Source of the DNA: Lytechinus pictus
Lineage: Eukaryota
Direction: 5' to 3'
Length of the DNA: 64,000 nt
Assembly: GCF_037042905.1 (NCBI RefSeq)
Contig: NC_087246.1
Location: forward strand, 6,078,001 to 6,142,000
Below, one piece after another: positions 38,704 through 52,989 of the stretch; position 1 is the first letter of the stretch, and every line of letters starts with the position of its first letter. Made by a program: the position numbers and the translations under genes. The notes beneath the pieces are model-generated. The model saw nothing but the letters and a program-made list of their open reading frames with translations. It had not been told where the DNA came from and did not search any database.

Positions 38704-39521
38704 CAGTGCGTCCCACAAAAAACGAAACCGAGATTTAACGATGATTTAACATATCTTAATCATAAATACAATAGACAAATGACCTACCAATGTAAAGCTT
38801 AGAATCTCCTATTTCATCTGATATTACTTATATTATTCCTCATTCACGCATGAGTGAGCAAAAAGAATTTGAAGAAAGGATACCAAAAACTCATTTGGCG
38901 GGGGGTATCTGAATTTCAAAAAGAAAATCACATGCCTAAAAAGTTCAATATCTGCTCTTTTATTTGATACCTTAATCACAGAAAATGGTCAAGAAGTAAA
39001 CAAGTTATGTTCCCTCGAAACAATGCTTGTATTTCCATAATTTCATTAAATAAACGTGTTTTCACCGGTTTCCTACAGAAGCTATCGCACGGTAACAAAA
39101 GACTAAATGCATGGCTGATCGTCAACAAAATGGAGTGTCGAGTGAGTTTAAACGCTGGCCTGTAAAACCTCTTCATTTTATGAAATTATTGAAATTCAAG
39201 CCTTATTTCAAATAACCAGAACTTTGTTATTTCTCGACCATTTTCGGTAATTGAGGTATCAAATTAAAGAGCAGATATTGAACTTTTTGAAAATGTGGTT
39301 TTCTTTTTGAAACCCAGATACAGCCCGCCAAGTGACTTTTTGGTATCCCCTTTTCAAATTGTTTTTGCTCACTCATACGTGAATAAGAAATAATCTAAGT
39401 AATTTCAGATGAAAGAGGAGATTCTAAGCTTTACAATGGTAGGTCATTTGTTTATTTTATTTGTGATTAAGTTATGATAAATCATCGATAAATCTCGGTT
39501 TCGTTTTTGTGGGACGCACTG
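38704..39521. mobile_element. Tc1/mariner-type MITE, same family as 22203, opposite orientation
   Basis: Same TIRs, TA flanks; internal sequence is the reverse complement of 22203-23021. Confidence 0.92.
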
Positions 39522-39524
39522 TAT

Positions 39525-39790
39525 AGCGCATTTACTTTATCAATACTCAACTGCGCTTTACATTGGTATCATAATGTTACTATCCCGGCTGTAGCCGAGC
39601 TGCCACATATATGCTCAAGCATTCGAGGAATTCTTCCTACCGGGTACCCATTTACCTCATCTGGGTGAGTGCAGCACAGTGTTGGTAAATTTCTTCCTGA
39701 ATGAATACACGGTCGTCATGGATGGGAATCGAACCGACGTTCCTCAGATTGAAAGATGAGTGTCGTAATCACTAGACCACCATGGCTACG
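39525..39790 (-). mobile_element. tRNA-derived SINE
   Basis: Reverse complement has TGGTCTAGTG A box and GGTTCGATTCCC B box; body matches the + fragment at about 12140-12205 (GTGCTGCACTC...CCAG...GAGGTAAATGGGTACC). Confidence 0.75.
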
Positions 39791-42583
39791 GGAAAAAAAT
39801 GTGAATTTATTTATGACAAAGTAATTGTCAAAATTCTGGACCAACGGTCTCCAAGTAAATTAATTTCAGCCCATTTTTATTGATCAGTTATTAATAATTG
39901 ATTTGATAAAACATGTATTTATTCTTAACAATCACACTTCTTTCAATTCATGATAAAATGTTATTTTGCGTTTTCTGTATAACAGCAAGTGGTAGAAATA
40001 TTTTTTAAAGTACGTGTAGTAAATATCTACAAAATATATTTGATTGTACAAAAAAAATTTTTTTTCAATTGCACGAGCGGAGGGAGGGTTCTTATAAGTA
40101 TAGTCATAAACAATTAGCTCAGTTCATTTGAATTTTATTTAGTTTAATTTTCATGTATTTAAAATAATATATACATGGCACATAAACTACAGTAACAAAG
40201 TACATTGGGATTTATATAAGGAATCTTGGGTCAATAATACTGATGCTTTCGTTTCGAATTTGACTTTACAAAAATATACCCAATTATTATACCAAATGTC
40301 TATCTTCCAACTCACTACAGTAATTAGATCAAGGCCAATAAGTCAAAATTATGATGATAGTAAATCATAATTTATCAAGGCCCCGTTGCATAAAAGTTAC
40401 CATTATGGTAGCTTTACCATGTGAGTGGTATCTTGCATAGAATCTTTTGACTCTGATTGGTTGTTTATCATCGTTACCATGGTAGTTATCATTGGATGGC
40501 AAAGTTAGCATTATAGTAATGCAACGGGTCCCTAGATTGTTGATACACTCTTAAAATGATTGGTCAAAGTACATGTAACCAATCTGTCGGTCAAAGTGTC
40601 CGACCGATAGTTTCTAACTAATAAATTGGTTTATTATAACAATTTTTATCTGTCGTAAGCAATTTTATTCAACAACACACTGGTTATTTTGACAAATCCT
40701 TTTTTAAGGTTAGTATATTATAAAAATCAGCTCGCATTAATTCTTTAGTTAGGTGCACATCGTTTTAATGATTGAATTTTTTTTAATGTTTAATTCTCAT
40801 GTTTAATACATGAAATTCCCAAAAGTTTGATCTAGCGATTCGTGCTCGCAACTTCTCGCTATTATGCCCTAGCTTTTAACAGTAATTAGCGCCATAATAA
40901 TTGACCAAAAAGCGAGTTTTACAACTTCATATTTTGATCCCCCTGAACCAATCACTCGCTACGCTCTCTCGCGGAAAAAAAATAAAGCCTGAATATATAT
41001 ATTATCAATCAGAAATCACTAAAAAGGGCTTGCTCAACTCAATAACTACAAAACACATAATTACTTCACGCATAATTTATATAATCTCATGGTGAAAATG
41101 GCATGCGGACAAGATCGATCTATAATTCCGTTTAAAATGGGCATGCACGAGGGATAACCTTATACCTTTTTGGACATATTACACAAAATGGGGTCACTTC
41201 TACAGCCGTTGGTAGTAAGGGGATACCATTCCCAACTCTTTCAGATGTAAAAGTACCTTCATGATAATCTCAGTCCACTTCCATCTCTTACTTTCAAGGT
41301 TTTTCATATCAGAAAAAATATCAATGCATCTCCTCCAACTATTCCTGTAAAAGTTCTGTATACCATGGGTGTCGATCCGGGGGGGGGGGGGGGATTTATC
41401 CCAAAGAAATTCAGGTGGGGAGATGGCCTGTACGATCATCTCCCCTATATTTTGAGGGCATAACAAAACAGTTTCTCCAGAAAAATCAATAAATTTATTA
41501 TAATACATAAACTCGATAAAACTTGACAACACAGAAATACAAAAAAGAAAGAAAAAAAATTAAGTTAAAGCACTTATCTGTATGTGATAAGTGAACTTGC
41601 CGATATAGGGCAATATCACGAGCAATTAATACATGCGGATGATGTATAGGCCCTAAATTTATAGATTTGACTTTTATATAAACTATATGACAAGTTTGTA
41701 CTTTAATGTTGCTACTATATTTTGCCATGATAACAATTATGTCAGAATCTGACACGAGATTTAAAAAATAAATAATTTTGTAATCTTACTCATAGAAATG
41801 ACATTTTGAACTTACACAGTACTGTATTGTCATGGTTTTTACCTTATAAAAGTAATCAATAAAATTGTTCTAACTGGTTGTTTTACGCGTAACCTATGCC
41901 ATTCCATATTCAAATAGGCCTACTTTCATTTTTCTGTCAATGTTTTGAGTTGTTCTTTTTCTTTGAATAAAATACTTGTAAAATTGAAACTTGCATGTTG
42001 TGTGGTAATTTAATAGTGAAAGTGGACTTCAATATTATGGCATAGAAAGTGATTTTAGTATACTCTAAAATGCGATTTATTTCTTAAAACATCCCTACCG
42101 TGGGAGGGGGATACCCCCTCCCACACCCTCGGCGAGACTCAGACACCAATCATCCCCCTCCCCCATCATCTCCAAGAAATCGACACCTACGACACCCTGT
42201 GTACGGCCCTAATTGCCAGCGAAAGTTGTGTCAGAACTCTGTCCCCTCTCTCTCTAAAAGAAAAGATGGTCCCTGGGTGTTCTCCCCCATCCAAACAATG
42301 TTTATGGTGCGTCTGGGTCTAGTGGCGTAACTACGGGGGGCATGGGGCCAATCGGCTGGCAAAAAAAACGTGGGAAAATGAGAAAAAGAGCGAGAAAGAA
42401 AGAGAAAAGTAGTGGAGGAAGAAGAACTTTTTTATTGTTTATATCATATTTATTATAATTTTTTTTCATAAACGTAATGAAACATAGGGCCCGTGTGTTC
42501 ATCATTCCTGGTGCTCGCATTGTCAGTATAATAAAATATATAATCCTGTTTTACTAAATCATTCCGTTTTCAAGTCAATATAC

Positions 42584-45500
42584 AATTCAATTCAATTCAA
42601 TTTATTTACACTCTCAATAAAAACATGAAAAACATACATAAGGTACATAGTAAAACATTGTCACAACATACAAAAAACATATTTATGAGAATGAGGGGCC
42701 AACAAAAAAGAGCAGATAGCCTTATTGAGCGTTGACCCAACAACTATAAGACAAAATCGATAAATATGACAAAAACAGATAACATAAATGAAAACAGATA
42801 TTAACACATACATTCAAAATATATAGCGTATAGTTATACAAGCAAATTAAGAATACCAACTTAAAAGATGTAATTTGTAATAACGTTTGAAAGAATTGAG
42901 GGTTCGGTATGTTTTAATAGAATACGGTAAATTATTCCAAAGAATAGGTCCTTCAAAATAAATTGAGTTATGAGAAACTGAGGTACGTACTCGTGGTACA
43001 TGATAATCAAATAGACTGCGGGTATTGTGTTGATGAATCGAAAAATTAAGGCAAATTTAGACATGATGGAATCAGGAATAAGTGATTTGGAACAAAGATA
43101 CATAAATATTGCGATGTTAAGCCTATTTAAATCAGACAAAGTAAGTAAATGAAGATCATGAAAAAGTGGCAAGGTATGGGCATTATAAGAGCTATTACAA
43201 ATTATCCTCACGGCCTTTTTCTGAAGTATATATAATCTGTTTATAAAACAATCAGCGGAGTTAGACCAAACGATATTGCAGTAATTAATATGTGAGAAAA
43301 TTAAAGCATAATATAACATAATCAAAATATATTGCGGAAAATTATTTAATCTATATAACCTACCAACACCTTTAGAAACACGATTGCAAACGACACCAAT
43401 GTGTTCATGCCATGAGAGTTTATCATCTATATAAACTCCTAAAAATTTAAAAAATGAAACGCATTGTATAATTGAATTGTTGAATCTTATTTCCACTCTA
43501 TCTTTCTCAATTTTTTTCTTTGTAAATATCATAAATTTTGTCTTAGTTATGTTTAAAACTAATCGATTGTTAATAAACCAGTTATTTAGTTCTTCTAATT
43601 CATTATTAAAATTATCCTGCAAAGAAACAACATTGTGATGAGACATGAACACACTGGTGTCGTCAGCATATAAAATGAAATGTAATAGTTTAGATGATTT
43701 GCAAATATCATTAATATATAACAAAAAGTAAGGGGCCCAGAATAGATCCTTGGGGTACTCCGCATCGAATCGGTTTCAAACATGAATTATTATTACAAAT
43801 TGATACAAACTGAAAACGATGTGATAAATAATAAATAGTTCCCAGAGCAAACCGCGAATTCCATAAGCATATAGTTTTTTCATTAAAATATTATGGTCTA
43901 ACGTATCGAAAGCCTTGCTTAAATCGAGAAATAAACCAATCATATATTTTTTGGAGTCAATAGAATCAGAAACTTTATGAATAAAATCAAGAAGAGCCAT
44001 CGATGCGGAGTAATCCTTACGGAAGCCATACTGTCCATTGTGTAAAATATTAGAAGTGAGAAATTTGTATAGTCTTTTATATAGACATCGTTCGAAAATC
44101 TTAGAAAACAAAGGAAGAACTGAAATTGGACGATAATTTGAGACGTCATCTTTACGACTATTTTTGAAAACAGGAATGACCTTTGCTATTTTAAGCTTAT
44201 CTGGAAAGAGACCTTTGGATATAGACAAATTAAAAAATTGAACAAAGAGGTGAACAAAATAATGATTGGAATTATTTTCTTAACAACATTAACATCAATT
44301 TCATCATACCCTGCACTCGGTCCGTTTTTGTCTCACCTGCATATAGCAGAGTGAGACTATATATAGGCGCCGCTTTTCCGACGGCGACGGCGGCGGCGTC
44401 AACACCAAATCTTAACCTAAGGTTAAGTTTTTGAAATGACTGCATTACTTAGAAGGTATATGGACCTAGTTCATGAAACCTGGACATAAGGTTATTCAAG
44501 TATTACTGAACATTCTGCCTGAGTTTCAGGTCACATGACTAAGGTTAAAGGTCATTTAGGGTCAATGAACTTAGACCATGTTGGGGGAATCAACATCAAA
44601 ATCTTAACCTAAGGTTAAGTTTTTGAAATGTCATCATAACTTAGAAAAGATATGGACTTAGTTCATGAAACTTGGACACAATGTTGATCAAGTATTACTG
44701 AACATCCTGCTTGAGTTTCACATCACATTCATGACCAAGGTCAAAGGTCATTTAGGGTCAATGAACTTTGGCCAAATTGGGGGGATTTGTTGAATAACCA
44801 TCATAACTTTGAAAGTTTATTGGTCTAGTTCATAGAACTTGGACCAAAGAGTAATCAAGTATCACTGAACATCCTGTGCGTATTTCAGGTCACATGACCA
44901 GCGTCAAAGGTCAATGAACTTTGGCCATAATGGGGTATCTGTTGAATTACCATCATAACTTTGAAAGTTTATAGATCTGATTCATGAAACTTAGCCATAA
45001 GAGTGATCAAGTATATTTAAACATCCCGTCCGAGTTTCAGGTCACATGAACAAGGTTAAAGGTCATATAAGGTCAATGAACTTTGGCCATGTTGGGGGTA
45101 TTTGTTGAATTACCATATCTCTGTAAGTGTATTGGTCTAGTTCATAAAATATGGACATAAGAGTAACCAATTATCACTGATCATCTTGTGCGAGTTTCAG
45201 GTCACATGACCAAGGTCAAAGGTCAATGGAATTTGGCCTTGTTGTGGGTATTTGTTGAATTACCATCATAACTCTGTAAGTATATTGGTCTAGTTCATGA
45301 AACTTGGACATACGAGTCATCAAGTATCACTGAACATATCATGCGAGTTTCAGGTCGTCATGACCAATGTCAAAGGTTATTTAAGGTCATTGAACTTTGG
45401 CCATTTTAGAGGTAATTATTAGATTGCTGTCATAACTTTCAAAGTTTATATATAGTGTATAAAATGTGGATATAGGGGTAATCAAGTATCACTGACAAGT

Positions 45501-46290
45501 TTTAGGTCACATGATCAAGGTCAAATGTCAATGAATGTAATATTGTACCATTATATGGTGTTTTTTTGTGAATAATTATTTTATAGTAATTTTCAAAGTC
45601 AGCACTGCTGCTATATTGAATCGCGTGATGCAGGTGAGACAGCCAGAGGCATTCCACTTGTTAAAGAAGATACTATATTTAATATTTCATTACAAGCTAT
45701 TGGAGTAAAATAAGCAGAACGGATATTCCATGAAAAGGCTGGCTGTGGATAATTACCAGAATAATGTTCAGTATTAGTAAGATTATAACCGATATCAACA
45801 AAATAGTTATTAAAAATATCACACATATCAGCTTTATCAGTAATTTTTGAGTTGTTAACATTGAAGTTTGATATATTAAAATATTTTTTACTAGATCGAG
45901 ATCCGAGAGCTTGATTTACAATTTCCAATGTCACTTTTATACTATTCTTGTTACTGTTGAATTTATTTTTGTAGTAAGCATATTTTTTCGTTTTCATTTC
46001 ATTTGTGGCCATGTTCCTATATTCCTTATAAAACCTTTTTTCTTTACTCAGTTCTTTAAGTATTTTCTATAGGCTTTCCACTTGTTCTTTATCTTTGTAA
46101 TCAACTCTTTATCAATCCATGGTTTAGAAGAAAAAAATTCTTAATACGTACTTTATGCAAAGGAAAACATTTATTGTATATTTCTAGAAATTTATCTATA
46201 AAAGAATTGTATGCAAGATTTGGGTCTTTCTCATCTAAGTTCCAGGATATTTGCTCTAAACATTGATGAAACTTGCTAATACTACACCAA
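42584..46290 (-). mobile_element. 5'-truncated, frameshifted CR1/L2-group LINE (reverse transcriptase)
   Basis: NYRPISVLP, QYGFRK, FLDLSKAFDT, LYADDT, KFLGVYID motifs; (GAATT)n 3' tail at 42584-42602; 5' boundary approximate. Confidence 0.93.
44325..45662 (+). mobile_element. Helentron/DINE-1-like family H2, complete copy inserted in the LINE
   Basis: TTTTTGTCTCACCTGCA ... TGCAGGTGAGAC-AGCCAGAGGC...CACTTGTT; splits LINE peptide between VSSL and SAGYDEID at a T-rich site with no clear target duplication. Confidence 0.82.
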
Positions 46291-48875
46291 ATATAATCGT
46301 CACTCGAACGCTCTTCGAGTTATTACTGTTTTATGTAATGACATATGCATTTTTTTAATGACTATTTAAAGTGAAAACATTTCTAGTACGTTCAAAAGTT
46401 CGCATCAGTGGTTTAGTGAGATATGTTTGCTTTTCATGAATTCCTACAAATAAGTATTAGAATGCCCCTCTTCAGGACTGAATTTCAAAATTTGGCAGCT
46501 CGCGCTTCGCGTTCGCAATATTTTATTAGTGAGCATGGTGAGATACGTATCATGTTCTTGATTACAATTACTACAAAAAGTGCTTCATGTGTTTAGGTGT
46601 AATTCTAACAAAATCAGCAAGCGCTTGGCGCTCGCATTAGATGACTATAGTGAGGTATGTTTGCTGTTCATGAATAAAAAAATAGTCCTTAATATGTCCC
46701 TGTTTGGGGTCAATATATACTAAAAATTTCAGCTCGCGCTTCGCGCTCGCTTTTTAGTTTAGTGAGACAGCTACGTATCATGATTACAATAAGTTGATTC
46801 TAATGTCCATTTTTAGGTCTCAATATCAAAACTTTTCAGCTCGCGCTTCGCGCTCGCATTATTTGATAAATGAGACACACTTTTGTTTAATGGCATAGTC
46901 CTTAGAATGTTTCTATTATGACAGTATACCTGACAATTTAGCGCGCTTTGCGCGCCCACTAAGTGACTCAAAATTTTTGCTGGTGCCCCACAATGCCTTG
47001 ACCCAAGGTACGCCACTGTCTGGGTCTGTATGTGGGTCTTGCATAATCGTGTCTTGTTTCACCTCAATATTCTCTAATCTTATTTTGTGAGTTTATACGT
47101 GTAAACAATTCAGCTGAACGAGCATAACGCTTTCAAATGAGAATTAGATGTCTGAGACAGATTTTTGTTCGAAATTCAGAAGTGACGGTACCATCTCCAA
47201 AGTAAACACTTTCAGTTATCACAGATTTTTCTTAGTTAAAAACTATAGATATTTGGAGAGTTTTCTCTTTTTCGCTTTGTGCATGTATAATAGGTCTAGG
47301 CCTACTGAAAAAGCCTATATAGGCCAATATATTTCTGGTTGTCATAACAGATCCAGAATCAAAAGAAAATCCCCAATCCGTGTCGCTATTTATAGGGTCA
47401 ACAGCCTTGTTGATTCAGTGCTCGACCACAGATCACTAATTACTGTTAACAGTTCCCATTAACTGATTTTAACAGAACTAAGGTCGATTCGATGGTGTTT
47501 AGAAGCGAATCACTGCAAATATGGTCAAGGATGGGTAGAATGGCCATGCTACTAAAAAAAAAATGATTTCTTATACTATGCTTTGCTCCCTCGCTTTCGA
47601 GTTTTTTCGAAAAGGATTACGCATCCTGCCCTCCCCGGGCTGCCGGGCAACCGTTCCGCCACAGAAAAACGTTAGCAAAGAATGAAATCATTCTTAGAAG
47701 CCTCAATGACCGTTTTTCTTCTCTTAATTTAGTTCAAGAGACAAATTTTAAACAATAAACACTACAAGTATATCATGAGAGAGCGAAGCGAGTGACATTA
47801 TAATTGTTCCCCCGTCAAATTTTGGATGCCCACATAATTATACCGACATACGGGATAAATCATTTACCTTCAACGCCTGAAACTATCAATTCTAACACCT
47901 GCAGTTTTGGGGCTCGAAGGCCACACCCCATGCACGTCCCCAAATAAATGCGTGATTTTTTTGCGAAATAAGAGGATAATTGGATTTAAAACTGTTGAGG
48001 AAGTTTAATTGGTCAAAAATGTTTATGATTAATAGTGGTAGACTTTTACTTGGATTGTCTGCTATCAAAGTGACAATATTTTGAAACTTATACGTTACCA
48101 AAATTTTAAACTTACGTTACCTAACGATAAGAGTAATTTACTTGAAAATATATACCTGCAGAACAAAGTAACAACTGTATTTTTACAGTGGGGGCTATTG
48201 ACTAAATGTTTGAACAATGATCGGATAAAATCATGATTCTATAATAAAAAGTAACATACTTTCAAATTGAAATAGTCACCCTGTTCTTAAATATGTCGTG
48301 TTTGCAGTTTCAATTCTATTTTGTTCAGTAAAATACTCCTGGGAGGCGGTTGCAATTTTCCGAATGAAAGTTCGTAGATGGTGCAAACCTGAACTAAGTT
48401 TATTTTTATTCAATCAATGATTTGGCGATTCATCAAATTGTTTGGTAACGTATGTTACATCATGTATGTTACATTTGTGGATTAAAATGGTTGAGTTAAC
48501 AATATATTTAATGAATCTTAAGAAGTGAGGCTCTACTCCGTTGGTCTCAACTCTAGAACAATGATTCAGAGCTATGTACCTTCATATCTTTTAGTTATGT
48601 GGTAACGTAATAAATGTAACACCTCTTAAATCTTTCTTTTTCTAATCTCGTTTCTTCATGTTACCAGTCGCGGTACGTTTGAAGATGAATGGTGAAACAG
48701 TATAGACCCCTTTTGGTAAATAAAACGATGTAATGGTGTAGTTCTCAGATTAATTGCATAATAGTCGAATGTGCAGAATAAAAACGTTAACGTAGGTTTC
48801 AGTAGATACATTTGTAATGATTATTGTGTAAATAAGTTTTTATGAGAATGGAATAAATAAATGATCAATTCAATT

Positions 48876-49956
48876 AAACAAGTGGAACGCCTCTGGCAGT
48901 CTCGCCTGCATTACGAAATGCGATATAGCAGCAGTGCTTCTTTGAAAATAGCTAATTAATATCATTCACAGAAGAAAACACTAATATGACAACAAAATAT
49001 CATGCCCATTGACCCAAAATGACCTTTGACCATGATCATGTGACCTAAGACATGGGCAAAACAATCATTCATACTTGATTATCCTTATGTCGATGTTTCA
49101 TGAGCTAGATCCATAAACTTCCTTAGTTATGATGCCAATTCAACACATACTCCCAACATGGCCAGAGTTTATTGACTTTTAAATGACCTTTGATCTTGGC
49201 CATGTTCCTGAATGCATACAGGGTATTCAGGAATACACTGCTGCTCTTATTTCCAACACAGTAAAAACGCTGTTTAAGATTTTATACAACGCTATTTACT
49301 ATATGAACCATACAGTATTTGTTTAACCGATTAAAAACAATCACGTTTAATTTATTGAAGATTAGATATTGAAAATTAAACTTTGTTGCTTAAAATTTAA
49401 ACACTTGCTTAAACTGTTTAAACAATAACTGTAAGGTTCATATAGTAAACAGCGTTGTATATATTTTTTTACTGTGAAGTTTCATGAACTAGATCCATAG
49501 ACTTTAAACGTAATGATGTCAATTCCACAAATACCCCAGCATTACCAAAGTTCGTTGACCCTAAATTACTTTTGACCAGTGGTCATGTGACCTGAAACTC
49601 GCACAGGATGTTCAAGGATACTTGATTGCTCTTATGTCCACGTTTCATGAACTAGATCCATAACATTTCAAAGTTATGATGACAATTCCTCAAATAACCC
49701 TAACATGGCGAAAGTTCGTTGACCGTAAGTGACCTTTGACCTTATTCGTGTGACCTGAATCTCAGGCAGGATCTTTAGTGATACACTATTACCCTTATGT
49801 CTACGTTTTATGAACTAGGTCCATATACTTTCAAAGTTATGACAACATTTCAAAAACTTAACCTTGGTTAAGATTTCAATGTTGACGACGCCGCCGCCGT
49901 CGCCGTCGGAAAAGCGGCGCCTACGGTCTCGCTCTGCTATGCAGGCGAGACAAAAA
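48876..49956 (-). mobile_element. Helentron/DINE-1-like family H2, complete copy
   Basis: Reverse complement of both H2 termini present. Confidence 0.82.
49257..49476. mobile_element. CAC...GTG MITE nested in H2
   Basis: CACAGTAAAAA ... TTTTTACTGTG; AA duplicated from host TCCAAGTTTC. Confidence 0.75.
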
Positions 49957-50274
49957 CGGCTTACTGGTTAAAAATCGCCTCCGAAATTACTTGGCATCAT
50001 ATAAAAAGGCAAAATCATTCTGACAAATCTTCATGTCTCCAAAAGGTGAGCAGAAACACTGGCGACATGCACGATATTTGGCCGATTGTGCCGAAAAAGT
50101 GGTTTTGGTAAAGAGCACTATAAGGATTACATGGAGCACAGACTGGATGTGCTGAATTCATGAAAAAAAAAACAATCAAGAAAAACCTCTAGAAAGGGTC
50201 CAAGGACTGGATAGAGCCTACTGGTCAGGTTTCCCTCATCAACTATAATGGAAATCCCCATTCCCTCAACCCAT

Positions 50275-51580
50275 GTTATTTATCTATTTATTTATTTACT
50301 TATCTGTTATTCTAACAGGTAGCCCTTTCAGTTAAAAAACTGCTCGACCAAGGGGCCCTGCTCAACAGAAATTTGAAAACATAACAAAACAATAATACAT
50401 AAAATAGTCAACAAAATGAACATAATAATCAATGAGAAAGAAGTTTTTTAAATGAATCAAGTGAGTTTACTAATCGGAGAGAAGGGGAAAATGCATTCCA
50501 TATGACAGTCTTGATAGCAAAATAATCTTTTATAGTATTCGGATCGAGGTTTTTTAATATAAAGGGGACATTTATTTGAATACCTAGTTTTGAAATTTAT
50601 TGTTCGATGGCGCACAATAACCTGAATATATTTGGGGTTTATTGTTCATCACTTTGTACATCCATATTTTGAATTGGAACTGAACTCTATCTGCGACGGA
50701 TTGCCATCCTAAAAGAGGACAATAATGTAGTTCGAGGAATTAAATAATGTGCATAAGTATCAGACGAGCATACCGGGCGAGCATATCGGTTTTGAAGCTC
50801 CAGATGACACTTTGCTGAACAGCCCCATAAAATCATAACATAATCAATATGTGATAAAACTATTATAGCAATGCTAAAATTATTTTTGGTAAATAGAATC
50901 AACCGCGTTTTATATGATATGGTTCTCGATATTAGAGACAATTTTCGATAGAAGTGAATCCCAGGATTCATTAGACAATTATCAAACAGGCCGAAATAGC
51001 ACCAAGATATTTAAATTCATTTACAACCTATATAATAACCTCTATAGGTCAAAGAACAGACGAGTTTATTTTTTATGCGATTCCTAGTTCCAAATAGCAT
51101 AAATCTTGCACTTTTTAATATTCAACGTTAAATCATCCTTTTCAATGTGATCAACTATTTTTAAAAACTCACATTTAAATGTTTTCTCAACAATATATTC
51201 TGCCTTGGCAAAAAATTGCTGCTGCATCAGCGTACAAACAAATTTTAGTATTTTCACAGTAAAAAAACTAACAAAGGTCATTAATGAATTTGGAAAAGAG
51301 GCCCTGATATTGATCCATGTGGGATTACTTAGATCGAAACCCAGACTAAGCACCATTAACTACGACACATTGTAATCGATCACTTAGATAGCTTTTAAAC
51401 CATTCCAATTCTTTGTCCTTTAATTATACCATATTTTCTTAATTTGTACAGCTAAATTTTATGATTTACTGATGCAAGTTTTTAGTCCAGGAATAAAGCA
51501 CATCAATTCCCCTCAGTAAAGAGTCATTTACATCAACCAGTGCTGTTTCTGTCGAGTGGAACGGACGGAAGCCCATGTTA
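50275..51580 (-). mobile_element. Degraded CR1/L2-group LINE remnant
   Basis: GFRPFHSTETALVDVNDSLLRGID, LSHIDY...WG, LQNRYAR fragments; (TAAA)-like tail near 50280. Confidence 0.75.
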
Positions 51581-51719
51581 CGTGAAATAATTAAACTACT
51601 GTTCATTCCAAAGCAAACATCTTTTGATTGATACAATAAACACATCGAAGATCTTATTGACGTTTCGTTCAAGCCTCCTTTTGTTTAACTGTTTACTGAA
51701 TCCGGTTGGACCTGATTTA

Positions 51720-52150
51720 AGCATCGCAGTCTCTAAATGCTTCATGCATAGCGCATGCGAGCGTAGCGCTTTGGTTCGGGGTGAGGTCGCAAACGTACAC
51801 CACCACGTACGTCCACCTGCACCGGTCACGTCCCGCGTGCACCTGCACTAAGCTAGCAACTTCTCAAATCTACAGTAGATCTTGATAGCGTCGAGCTAGC
51901 TATAGCTACAATGTAGCATGCGCACATACAGCGGACGTCATCAACGTAACATCGATATGCCCGGATGATTTCTGCTTTTGAAACATTGACGTTGGCTACT
52001 ATTTGCCACCAATAGGTGTATAATTCTGTGATATAGTTTACAAACACTGACAAACGGATATTCATCAGTCTTGGCGGCGATAGACGTGAACAAACCGGCC
52101 TAACGTAACCTATCTTAGGCCTTATCCCCAATCTCGTAAGTCGTATATCG
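51720..52150. promoter_or_regulatory. CpG-rich putative promoter region
   Basis: Locally high CpG; GCGCATGCG (NRF1-like) near 51752, two CACCTG E-boxes; 300-700 bp upstream of ATG 52454. Confidence 0.4.
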
Positions 52151-52453
52151 ATTTCGAGCAAGTTATTTTTTCAAAACTAATAGTTTTCATCCATTTTGAA
52201 TGCATGCCCATCGCCACCCAGAGTGCTTGATCATGGGAGAGTCAGACAAATGCTAACTTCAGACTTGGAATTGCCTAGAATCAAACAACTCATGTAAACC
52301 CAGACTTGATTTTACTTTTAGTCAAAATCGAAGTCTAGTGTATTGTACGTGTATGACTATAATTTCGACACAAAACTTCAGCTTCGGGAAATCGACTTGT
52401 CTGTTTTAGTATATGCCATCGCCAACGGAGTACGGTACGAATCTGGATCCACA

Positions 52454-52605
52454 ATGTCATTCATATGGACAAGATTTTCGATTCGGAAAGCTTGCTACGT
52501 CATCTTGGCAATTCTTTTCATCTTTTCACTCCATCACAATGGTGTGTTTGACGCTTCCAGATATCAAGACGATGAAGTGTATCTTCGAAATTCAGACGAT
52601 TTTAG
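52454..52605 (+). CDS. First coding exon of a probable type II membrane protein (glycosyl-/sulfotransferase-like topology)
   Basis: ACAATGT start; MSFIWTRFSIRK then hydrophobic ACYVILAILFIFSL then polar stem; AG|GTAACT donor; no downstream exon identified in the window. Confidence 0.6.
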
Positions 52606-52989
52606 GTAACTAATATAAATTCCATAGACCCCCTATTTCATATTAGTTTTTAATTAGGCCTAACGTTATACCGGTAGATCTAAATACGTTCTGTCCTTGT
52701 GTGTTTTTAGCCGGACTTTTTATGCATGTTAAATATGTATTTAATGTTCTGACTTGCGTTAGTCCTTTCTTGTTCATACTTTAATTTGGTCTAGTTATAT
52801 GGTCTCAGTCGTAAGTAAATACTATTTTTCCTTCATTGCTTTGGAGCGATTGCTAACGTTATTTGGGGGGCCTATTTCTTTAATTTCAATGGTCACTTTA
52901 CTGTAACGCTCAATTATGCTGTATTAAATTTAAAAGCATCTCATTATTATGCTGTAGTCCATGTAGAAACTTGATTTTCGAAACTTTCT

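Larger units (their letters stand above)
42320..47018. mobile_element. hAT-like non-autonomous element hosting a LINE
   Basis: Ends TAGTGGCGTA / TACGCCACTG; perfect 8-bp target duplication TCTGGGTC; internal GCTCGCGCTTCGCGCTCGC repeats. Confidence 0.9.
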
